32,000 bases of DNA from Candidatus Electronema aureum (GTDB taxonomy: Bacteria; Desulfobacterota; Desulfobulbia; Desulfobulbales; Desulfobulbaceae). Where the stretch lies: contig NQJD01000010.1 of NCBI GenBank assembly GCA_004284765.1, positions 30,275-62,274 of the forward strand. The letters run 5' to 3'. The notes beneath the pieces are model-generated. The model was not told the origin of the DNA, made no database searches, and worked only from the letters and a program-made list of their open reading frames with translations. The number at the start of each line of letters is the position of its first letter. The stretch's first letter is position 1. Both the position numbers and the translations under genes were made by a program. Shown here one piece after another: positions 1 to 6,603 of the stretch.

Positions 1-414
1 GATCGCTGGATGCGGCAAGACTAACCGTTCTGTCTGTATGATGCGCTGATCAAATAGCAGTAAATCCAAGTCAATCGTTCTGTCCTGATAGCCCTCTCGG
101 TCGGCAAAACGAACTCTGCCGAAACGGAGTTCAGTGGCAAGAAGAACCTCCAACAAGGCTTCTGGCGCAAGTGAAGTGTGCAGCAGCCCAGCAGCGTTAA
201 TAAACCAGTGCGGGCTGTCCATTGCTACCGGCTTGGTGCGGTAAGGCGAGGACAGCGTGTGCGGGAAAATATCCGGGTGTTCATCAAGGGCTTGCCAAGC
301 CTCAAGCAGGAGTTTGCGCGACTGGCCAAGATTAGAGCCAAGACCGATACAGGCGAAAGAACGAGGTAGCTGCATCACTGAACTACCACTGCCCGCCAAA
401 GACTGATTGTCCAT
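1..414 (-). CDS. folK: 2-amino-4-hydroxy-6-hydroxymethyldihydropteridine diphosphokinase (HPPK); 3' end runs off the window
   Basis: My own minus-strand translation from the ATG at 414 gives MDNQSLAGSGSSVMQLPRSFACIGLGSNLGQSRKLLLEAWQALDEHPDIFPHTLSSPYRTKPVAMDSPHWFINAAGLLHTSLAPEALLEVLLATELRFGRVRFADREGYQDRTIDLDLLLFDQRIIQTERLVLPHPAI. It carries the HPPK blocks GLGSNLG, Y.T.P, E...GR.R, RTIDLDLL and LPHP. It is absent from the ORF track because no stop falls inside the window. An alternative start is the ATG at 375 (MQLPRSF...). Confidence 0.85.
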   Translation of the reverse strand, partial: MDNQSLAGSGSSVMQLPRSFACIGLGSNLGQSRKLLLEAWQALDEHPDIFPHTLSSPYRTKPVAMDSPHWFINAAGLLHTSLAPEALLEVLLATELRFGRVRFADREGYQDRTIDLDLLLFDQRIIQTERLVLPHPAI

Positions 415-469
415 TTTCCATCCTTATGCTCAAGAAAACGCCGCCGCGCGTGTGGGAATAGCTCCAACG
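412..469 (-). repeat. 58-bp leader module, copy A (covers the SD-like GGATGGA and the ATG at 414)
   Basis: An ungapped alignment with 2273-2330 gives 47/58 identities by my count. Both copies end, on the minus strand, in GGATGGAAAATG followed by .. CAATC.G. Confidence 0.8.
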
Positions 470-549
470 TGTACAAGTCCGCCGGAGCAACGTATGTAAG
501 TCTCCAAGACTTACATATATAGCTGAAGCAGCATAAAGTGAACTTGAAT

Positions 550-620
550 GTCATTCCGAGCGGAGCGAGGAATCTCCTCTTCGTCCTTGGCATGAGATTT
601 CTCGCTTTGCTCGAAATGAC
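550..620. repeat. Palindromic REP/MITE-like element with 27-bp arms and a 17-nt loop
   Basis: The arm gtcattccgagcggagcgaggaatctc (550-576) matches the reverse complement of 594-620 (gtcatttcgagcaaagcgagaaatctc) at 23/27 positions. All 4 differences are transitions. The palindrome generates the spurious mirror ORFs 375..593(-) and 538..852(+). Confidence 0.75.
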
Positions 621-748
621 AGATATGACGGTTCAAATTATGTTGCTCTGGCTATACAAGTCCGGCGGACATATATACGTTCGAGCGGCGCGGCACTTCA
701 TGTCGCCAGCCAGTCAGTGCCAGCGGCTGGCCGCTTCCTCTTCAGCCG

Positions 749-2275
749 TTACTGCTGCCCCCGCAGCTTGGCGCGAACTGCCGCCAATGCCTCGCGCCAA
801 TCTTTCAGCTTCGGGTGTTCAAGTTGCTCCATCAACTCTACAGCCCGGCTGATGTATGGCTCGGCCTTGGCAAGCTCGCCTTGCTGGACGTACAGACTGC
901 CCATATTCCAGCTAATGCCAGCCTCTTCCGTTTTTGCGCCAATCTCCTGCGCTATGGCCAGAGCTTGTTCATACTGCTTCAGAGCGGCTGGGTAATCTCC
1001 TTTAGCCTTATAAATCGCAGAAATATTGTTCAGACTTCCTCCCTCGCCTCGTCGGTCGCCGATTTGCCGGGTGATCGCCAAGTCCTGCTCTGCATACTCC
1101 AAGGCGGCATCATAGTTTCCTTGCGCATGATACACTTGGCCGATGTTGTTCAACACCTTGCTTTCCGTAGCCTTATCCTTGATTTTGCGGGCTATAGCCA
1201 AAGCCTGCTTGTAGTAGTCCAAGGCTGCCGTATCGTCACCTTGCGCAAAGTGAATCGCGCCAATATTGGTTAAGGTGCTGCCTTCACCTTCCTTGTCATC
1301 TATCTCTCTCCGCAGCGGCAGGCTTTGTTCAAGATACTTCAGAGCCTGCGGATAATCGCCCTTGCTCCAATAAATTCCTGCGATATTGTTCAGTATCACG
1401 CCTTCAAATTCCTTGTCGCCGACTTCCAGGCATATAGGCAGGCTCTGCTCCAGATAGTCCAAGGCATTGTCGTACTCACCTTGGACATCGTAAATCTGGC
1501 TGATGTTATTCAGCATCTTGGCTTCACCCTTGCGGTCGCCGATTTCACGGTAGATGGACAGGCTTTGCTCATCTAAGCGCAGAGCCTCAGCATAGCGGGC
1601 AATATTGTCAAGGTCTTGTCCTGCCCAGCCAAGACAGTCCGCTCGTTCCCATTCATATCCTTCAGGCAAGGCAGCCGCAGCCTCTTGGAAATACTGGGCA
1701 GATTTCTCGTAGCGATATTGCAGCCGTTGCAGTCTGGCTTGGTCAATACAGCTTTCTGCTTCGGAGAGCTGCCGTTTCTCCAGCGCGGCCTGCTGTTCGG
1801 CCAGTCTTGCTTTCATCTTGCTAACAGCGGCCCGGTCGCGCTCCTTCGCCTGATTCAGCAGCTCATCCGCTCGGTCATATTCACCGTTCTCAATCGCTTG
1901 CCCGGCCTGCTCCTTCAAGGCTTTCACCTGCGGATCATCAGACGTGACCGACTCAAAGCGTTGCAGCAATTCCTTGTGCCGGAAGGCTATTTCCGGCAGC
2001 TTGGCACCCCATTCCTCGCGGGGAATGCTGCCTTGCTCCAGTATCTTGAAGAAGCTGGCAAAGGCTGCGTCGCCGATATCCAAGTCCTTCTTGATTTGCT
2101 CGTATCGCTCCAGCGGCACACCGTAGCTTATCGTCACCGTCTGCGCATTGACTGCCGGAGACTGATCGCCGGACGTGCTGATCACCGGGCCGTGGTTGTT
2201 CGTCTGGCTGCCAATGGCATGATCACCTTGCCCGATGCTCTGCGGGCCGCCTTTGCTCTTGAACAGATTGCTCAT
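749..2275 (-). CDS. Tetratricopeptide-repeat protein: Gly/Ser/Gln-rich N-terminus, a helical/coiled-coil middle, and about 7 TPR units of the kinesin-light-chain-like type
   Basis: The ORF is 749..2428(-). I place the start at the ATG at 2275 (MSNLFKSKGG...), which follows AGGAGGATGGAAA. The C-terminal half shows a 40-aa periodicity (LNNI..IY...G.Y..AL.Y.EQ.L.I.REIGD..GE). No catalytic motif was seen. Confidence 0.85.
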   Translation of the reverse strand: MSNLFKSKGGPQSIGQGDHAIGSQTNNHGPVISTSGDQSPAVNAQTVTISYGVPLERYEQIKKDLDIGDAAFASFFKILEQGSIPREEWGAKLPEIAFRHKELLQRFESVTSDDPQVKALKEQAGQAIENGEYDRADELLNQAKERDRAAVSKMKARLAEQQAALEKRQLSEAESCIDQARLQRLQYRYEKSAQYFQEAAAALPEGYEWERADCLGWAGQDLDNIARYAEALRLDEQSLSIYREIGDRKGEAKMLNNISQIYDVQGEYDNALDYLEQSLPICLEVGDKEFEGVILNNIAGIYWSKGDYPQALKYLEQSLPLRREIDDKEGEGSTLTNIGAIHFAQGDDTAALDYYKQALAIARKIKDKATESKVLNNIGQVYHAQGNYDAALEYAEQDLAITRQIGDRRGEGGSLNNISAIYKAKGDYPAALKQYEQALAIAQEIGAKTEEAGISWNMGSLYVQQGELAKAEPYISRAVELMEQLEHPKLKDWREALAAVRAKLRGQQ

Positions 2276-2330
2276 TTTCCATCCTCCTATCAAAGAAAAC
2301 GCCGAAGCGCGTGTGGAAAAATCTCCAACG
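2273..2330 (-). repeat. 58-bp leader module, copy B (covers the SD and ATG of the TPR gene)
   Basis: See copy A (47/58 identities). The distal 14-mer cgttcgagcggcgc is also shared, at 678-691 and 2448-2461. Confidence 0.8.
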
Positions 2331-2461
2331 CAGCTCAGAGAAAAACTCCATGCAAGCATGGACGAATTTTCGATGCTACGTTGGAGCCACCCTCCATGCT
2401 GGCATTGAGTTTTGCTCCATGCAAGCATGGACTTTTCCGGCCATGCTCGTTCGAGCGGCGC
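2324..2461. repeat. Array of six contiguous 23-bp units, each a 7-2-7 inverted repeat of type TCCATGC-NN-GCATGGA plus a 7-bp linker
   Basis: Units: 2324 tccaacgcagctcagagaaaaac; 2347 tccatgcaagcatggacgaattt; 2370 tcgatgctacgttggagccaccc; 2393 tccatgctggcattgagttttgc; 2416 tccatgcaagcatggacttttcc; 2439 ggccatgctcgttcgagcggcgc. The 18-mer ctccatgcaagcatggac is identical at 2346-2363 and 2415-2432. Confidence 0.8.
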
Positions 2462-2467
2462 AGCGCG

Positions 2468-2578
2468 TTATTTCGCTAACCACCCCGCGCCAATTCTCCG
2501 CAGCACATTGAACCCACCGCTGAGAACAAGGCTGTTCCGCTTGCCGATGTGCTCCAGAATATCGTGGTGCAGTTCCGC
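2468..2578 (-). pseudogene. Orphan 3' fragment (36 codons plus stop) of a rhodanese-domain gene, paralogous to the end of the 2949..4679 gene
   Basis: The minus strand reads AELHHDILEHIGKRNSLVLSGGFNVLRRIGAGWLAK*, compared with SYEVQVFLDHAGKRNSLVLSGGFNVLRRIGAGWLGK* at the end of the intact gene. An in-frame TAA lies immediately upstream (2579-2581). No start codon or upstream domain is present. Confidence 0.7.
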
Positions 2579-2657
2579 TTATAATATGCTATTGTTCCTG
2601 CTAGGCGGCGCGGGGAATGGCTCCAAAGCCGCATCCGTCACCAGTGGCGAGGTAGAT

Positions 2658-2861
2658 ATGAAAACTTTATGTATGAAAGTTGATGATAGCCTGTACAGCA
2701 TTCTGCTGGCAATGCTCAACGGACTGCCAAAGGACAAAATAACAATTTTGGAGACGGACAGTCAAGCTGCGTGCGCCAGTCTGATGCGCTACGCTGGAAG
2801 CATTGCCTGGCCTGTTGACGGCGTGGAGTATCAGCGGCAGCTCAGGGACGAGGAATGGTGA
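2658..2861 (+). CDS. Putative antitoxin (VapB-like partner of a PIN toxin), 67 aa
   Basis: The ATG at 2658 follows GAGGT. The product is MKTLCMKVDDSLYSILLAMLNGLPKDKITILETD...VDGVEYQRQLRDEEW. Its stop overlaps the next start (TGAGATG), as is typical of TA operons. The family could not be assigned by eye. Confidence 0.5.
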   Translation: MKTLCMKVDDSLYSILLAMLNGLPKDKITILETDSQAACASLMRYAGSIAWPVDGVEYQRQLRDEEW

Positions 2862-2862
2862 G

Positions 2863-2948
2863 ATGCTGATTTTAGACACGAACGCCGTCATCTATCTGCA
2901 AAAGGGGCTGCGGGCCGTCTCCAGCCCGCTTTGTTTTCTCCGCTTCCT
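2863..2948 (+). pseudogene. Truncated PIN-domain (VapC-like) toxin; only about 15-25 N-terminal codons are recognisable
   Basis: MLILDTNAVIYLQKG is a typical PIN N-terminus with the first acidic residue (D5). The frame then runs into the antisense of the neighbouring gene's 3' end (the 2949-3026 repeat) and loses any PIN-like sequence. Confidence 0.6.
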
Positions 2949-4679
2949 TTACTTCCCTAACCACCCCGCGCCAATTCTCCGCAGCACATTGAACCCACCA
3001 CTGAGGACAAGGCTGTTGCGCTTGCCCGCATGATCGAGGAACACTTGCACCTCGTAGGAGCGTGTGCCTGCGTCGCAGAGAATGATCAGCGTCTTGTCTG
3101 CTGGGATTTCCGCCAGCCGCGCCCGCACTTCCGGGTATGGCACTGACAGCCATTTCTCGTTGCCGAACTTCTCCACCAAGATTGCCGCATCTTTGGCATG
3201 GCGAATATCTAAGGCAAGCCAATCTGGTTCCCGATTGAAATCCTCCATCCACGCGAGGAAGCGGGCCACGCCCACCTTGCGCAGCAGGCCAGCGCAGATG
3301 TTGTCAGCCACAAACGCAGCTGCATTGAGCGAATCAATGGCTGAAGAGAAGGGCGGCGCATACGCCATCTCAGCCATGCTGAAGTCCTCAATCACCGCGC
3401 CCTTACTAATAAGGACAGCTGCCGCATCAATGCGAGCGGAGATCGAATCATTCATTGCGCCGAACGCCTGCAAACCCAATACCCGCCGCGTCCGTTTATC
3501 AAAGACCATTTGCAGGATAACTGCTGCGGTGTTCGGGAAGAAGTGGGCGCGGTCAGCAGGCGCAGTGAGTGAGTAGTCTGCGTCAAAGCCCTCTGCGACG
3601 GCGGTTTCATAGCTGATGCCAGTGGCCGCGATGCAGCGTTCAAAAGCCTTCATGATGAACGAGCCAACCACGCCGTCAAAGGTAGTGGCATACCCAGCCA
3701 TATTGTCCGCAGCCACCCGGCCTTCTCGATTGGCGAGCGAGCCAAGCGGGGCAAATGCCTGCTTGCCAGTGACAAGGTGGCGTGTGGCAATGCAGTCTCC
3801 GGCAGCGTAGATATCCGGGTCGCTGGTTTGCATCCTGCTGTTGACGACAATCCCGCCAAAGCCGGAGGCGATTGCCAGTCCTGCTTCTTTGGCTAATTCG
3901 TTGCGCGGACGCACGCCAGCAGCCATGATCACCAAATCCGCCTCTAAAGTACGCTGCGGGGTCTTGACCGCAATCGCCTTGCCCTCGCTGTTGCCAAGGA
4001 TTTCACTTGCTCCCTCGGACAGATATACCGCCACGTTCTTGTCGATCAAATGCTTCTTCAGCATAGCGGCAAACTCAGCATCAACAATGCGCGGCAGCAG
4101 CTGGGGCATGAACTCAATCAGCGCGGTCTCGATTCCCCACAGATCAGTGAAGGCTTCGGCCATCTCAATGCCAATCGCACCGCCACCGATAACCACCACC
4201 TTGCCCACCTTGCCGCCTGCGATACGCCGTTTGATCTCAATCGCCTTGTGCAAATCAGCAATGGTGAATACGCCGTCTAAGTCTGCGCCGGGTATCGGCA
4301 AAACAAAGGGCTTGGAGCCAGTTGCGAGCAGTAGCTTGTCGTAGTTCAGCTCGCTCTGCGCACCGGTTTGCAGGTTCTCGACCTTGAGCTTTTTGGCCTT
4401 GCGGTCAATCGATAAGGCTTTGGTGCGGGTGAGAACAGTCACGCCCTTGGCATTCTCGAAAAAGGCTTCGTCGCGTACCGCATGAAAGCTGGTGGAACGA
4501 AGAGCAGTCTCTTCCGCCACATCACCACTGACGTAGTAGGGAATGCCGCAGCCACCGTAGGAGATCAGAGAATCCTGATCCACGACCGTGATGTCCCAGC
4601 TCGGCTGGAGACGCTTGAGACGGCAGGCTGCTTTCGGGCCAGCGGCCACGCCGCCAACGATAACGATCTTCTTGCTCAT
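2949..4679 (-). CDS. Pyridine-nucleotide-disulfide oxidoreductase of the CoA-disulfide reductase/NADH oxidase family, with a C-terminal rhodanese domain (persulfide/polysulfide-reductase-like architecture)
   Basis: Motifs seen: KIVIVGGVAAG (FAD GxGxxG); the single redox Cys context SYGGCGIPYYV; a second dinucleotide fold VVVIGGGAIGIE; and the rhodanese active-site loop ILCDAGTRS near the C-terminus. An AAGGAGA SD precedes the ATG at 4679. Confidence 0.88.
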   Translation of the reverse strand: MSKKIVIVGGVAAGPKAACRLKRLQPSWDITVVDQDSLISYGGCGIPYYVSGDVAEETALRSTSFHAVRDEAFFENAKGVTVLTRTKALSIDRKAKKLKVENLQTGAQSELNYDKLLLATGSKPFVLPIPGADLDGVFTIADLHKAIEIKRRIAGGKVGKVVVIGGGAIGIEMAEAFTDLWGIETALIEFMPQLLPRIVDAEFAAMLKKHLIDKNVAVYLSEGASEILGNSEGKAIAVKTPQRTLEADLVIMAAGVRPRNELAKEAGLAIASGFGGIVVNSRMQTSDPDIYAAGDCIATRHLVTGKQAFAPLGSLANREGRVAADNMAGYATTFDGVVGSFIMKAFERCIAATGISYETAVAEGFDADYSLTAPADRAHFFPNTAAVILQMVFDKRTRRVLGLQAFGAMNDSISARIDAAAVLISKGAVIEDFSMAEMAYAPPFSSAIDSLNAAAFVADNICAGLLRKVGVARFLAWMEDFNREPDWLALDIRHAKDAAILVEKFGNEKWLSVPYPEVRARLAEIPADKTLIILCDAGTRSYEVQVFLDHAGKRNSLVLSGGFNVLRRIGAGWLGK

Positions 4680-4941
4680 TGTAGTTCTCCTTGTACAGTT
4701 TCAATCCACGCCCTCTTCGCGAGGGCGATTATACGTTGAACCGGACGCTACTCTTCGCACGGCCAATTCATCGAGTAATGTACTCGCAGTTCATCAGCAA
4801 TCGTACTTGCTGTTCGTCGTGTATATATAAGCTCTTAGAATAGAGCAACTTGCCACACTAATACATTTGCCGCGTCAGTGCCAGCATAAAAACCGCAAAA
4901 TACCAGCACAGGAAAGCGTCAGTTGAAAGATGATCCGTCAT

Positions 4942-4969
4942 TTGACGGAACGCATTTTTCTGTGATACT
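4942..4969 (+). promoter_or_regulatory. Candidate sigma70-type promoter (TTGACG-16-GATACT)
   Basis: Read by eye. It would place the transcription start about 20 nt before the strong SD GAGGAGGAG at 4979-4987, which supports the ATG at 4993. Confidence 0.3.
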
Positions 4970-4992
4970 TCTTTAAAGAGGAGGAGAGAAAT

Positions 4993-6489
4993 ATGCCTAC
5001 TCCTTCTTCCCGCGCACATTCAGCGGGTTCCCCCTCAGAAAACATGCGGCGCAGAACCTTCAGCCGCGCATTTGATGTGTATGTTCAACATGCAATTAAC
5101 CGCAGGAGCGGAGCCACGCCTCTTCCTGCATTCTTATCAGAAAATGTCCGAAACCGACGGCAGGAGCGCAGGATGTATGATATACTGATCGTCGATGATG
5201 ACCTGTTCGCCCTTGCGCTGATGGAGGAGCAGCTGAAAAGTTATGGCGATTTCTTTACGCCGGTCTATGCCAGCAATGGCAGAGAGGCAATAGAAATCTT
5301 AGGACAAGAGGATATTGCTCTTTTAGTGACAGATTTGATTATGCCCGGCGAGATCAGCGGCTGGGATTTGATCGACTACCTTGAGAATTTTCATCCACAC
5401 GTTCCGGTAGTTGTCATCACTGGCTGCACAGATAGGGCCAAACTTGAGCATCTGCAAAAAAGGGTACGACATATCTTACTCAAGCCGATCAAGGTGCGGC
5501 AGTTAGTCAAAATAGTCACCAATATCCTGAATGAGGATATCACCATTGGTAGTCTCAAAGGCATTTCTGTGGGCGCATTTCTCCAGTTACTTGAAATAGA
5601 CGGCAGAACCTGCCTCTTAGAAGTGGGGAATTCACCAAAAAACAAAGGACTTCTCTACATCAACCGAGGTAAGCTCTATGATGCAGAATACGGCGAATTG
5701 CGCGAACAAGAGGCAGCGGAGCGCATTATTGCTTTAGACAATGTTCGCTTTCAGATCAAAGCCCTGCCTAAAGTAGAAATCAGGCGGCGGATCAAAAGCG
5801 ATTTGATGTCGATCATCATGGAAGCCATGAAGTTGAAGGATGAGGAGGCGAGTCTTATAGAAGGATACAAGGAGAACAGCATTGATCCTTCGCAAGAGGA
5901 TATTGTTGTGGTCAACAATATTTTTGACTCTGCAAATCGACATATCCCTGCGGACGACGAAAGTCCAGCAGTGGAGTTGAAGAGAGATGAAAATGCAGAA
6001 GTGCAATTACCTGCAAAGTTGTCGCAGGCGAAAACAACCGCTCCTTGGCCTGCGCCAAGAACCATGCCGCAGGAGACAATACAACCGCAACCAAAGAATG
6101 ACATAAAGAAAATGAATATAACGACTCTTGAAAATATGTTCAACAATCTGCGCTGCATCAAAGGCTACAAAACTGCCGCACTGATGAATTTCTCCGGTGA
6201 AATACTGATTGCGGATTCGGTTGAAACAGATACTGATTTGGAAAATACTGGGCCGGTGTTCAATGATCTTTTCCGTTCTGCGGAAGAAGCAGCGGAAAAG
6301 GTAGGTTTAGATGCCTGCTTAGAGCTGGTGCTGAAAACACCGGGTGGTTTAGTGGTGATGTGCTGCTCTGGAATCAGCTCTTCCGTGCATTTTCATTTGA
6401 TCGCGCTGTTAGACAAAGACGGTAATCAGGCCTTGACCAAGATGCAGATGGCAAAATTAGTACCAATTATCATGCAAGAATTGGCGTGA
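4993..6489 (+). CDS. Response regulator: REC, then a DUF4388 (PATAN-type) domain, a long acidic/Pro-rich linker, and a C-terminal Roadblock/LC7-like domain
   Basis: REC: ILIVDDD...LLVTDLIMPG...LLKP. DUF4388-like: GSLKGISVGAFLQLLEIDGRTCLLEV...GLLYINRGKLYDAEYG, a close paralog of residues in the 19943 gene. The C-terminal 120 aa (LRCIKGYKTAALMNFSGEILIADS...GGLVVMCC...LIALLDKDGN) fits the Roadblock pattern by eye only. An alternative start is the ATG at 5173 (MYDILIVDDD). Confidence 0.8.
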   Translation: MPTPSSRAHSAGSPSENMRRRTFSRAFDVYVQHAINRRSGATPLPAFLSENVRNRRQERRMYDILIVDDDLFALALMEEQLKSYGDFFTPVYASNGREAIEILGQEDIALLVTDLIMPGEISGWDLIDYLENFHPHVPVVVITGCTDRAKLEHLQKRVRHILLKPIKVRQLVKIVTNILNEDITIGSLKGISVGAFLQLLEIDGRTCLLEVGNSPKNKGLLYINRGKLYDAEYGELREQEAAERIIALDNVRFQIKALPKVEIRRRIKSDLMSIIMEAMKLKDEEASLIEGYKENSIDPSQEDIVVVNNIFDSANRHIPADDESPAVELKRDENAEVQLPAKLSQAKTTAPWPAPRTMPQETIQPQPKNDIKKMNITTLENMFNNLRCIKGYKTAALMNFSGEILIADSVETDTDLENTGPVFNDLFRSAEEAAEKVGLDACLELVLKTPGGLVVMCCSGISSSVHFHLIALLDKDGNQALTKMQMAKLVPIIMQELA

Positions 6490-6513
6490 TCAGCAGGTGG
6501 CAGCTTATGGATA

Positions 6514-6541
6514 TTGACAATTTACTTTGGAGTTGTAAGAT
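6514..6541 (+). promoter_or_regulatory. Candidate sigma70 promoter for cobT-cobS (TTGACA-16-TAAGAT)
   Basis: A perfect -35 hexamer lies at 6514-6519 and TAAGAT at 6536-6541, about 60 nt upstream of the cobT ATG. Confidence 0.45.
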
Positions 6542-6603
6542 GTTAAATAGTCAACCAAACACAGTTTGAACTCCTTTGACTTTTAATCAACCTCCAAGCA
6601 GCC

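Noticed and set aside
375-995. ORFs 375..593(-), 538..852(+) and 717..995(+) from the six-frame track
   Set aside because: The first two are mirror products of the 27-bp-arm palindrome (peptides such as VIPSGARNL / LEMT) and cross hairpins and repeats. The third is antisense to the TPR gene. None has an SD or a recognisable motif.
2324-2461. CRISPR array as an explanation for the 23-bp repeats (also 31737-31874)
   Set aside because: The units are contiguous with no unique spacers between them. They are shorter than typical CRISPR repeats and diverge from unit to unit. No cas genes or leader are in the window.
412-2461. Integron cassette boundaries (attC) as an explanation for the shared module ends
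   Set aside because: No intI gene is present, and I found no convincing R''/R' core sites (RYYYAAC...GTTRRRY). The conserved part includes an SD and ATG, which attC sites do not.
815-2479. Long plus-strand ORFs (815..1273, 1325..1576, 1616..2479) opposite the TPR gene
   Set aside because: The clear 40-aa TPR periodicity, the SD and sensible termini are all on the minus strand. The plus-strand products are low-complexity Leu/Arg-rich antisense translations.
2872-4830. Overlapping ORFs on both strands within the flavoprotein gene (2872..3252(-), 3064..3576(+), 3841..4344(+) and others)
   Set aside because: The 576-aa minus-strand frame carries all the FAD/NAD, redox-Cys and rhodanese motifs. 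The others are Ala/Arg/Ser-rich alternative-frame artefacts.
6490-6603. Cobalamin riboswitch upstream of cobT-cobS
   Set aside because: The intergenic region is only 114 bp. By eye I see none of the conserved B12-element core strings I know, such as a GCCACTG-type B12 box. A plain TTGACA-16-TAAGAT promoter fits better. A covariance-model scan would settle it.
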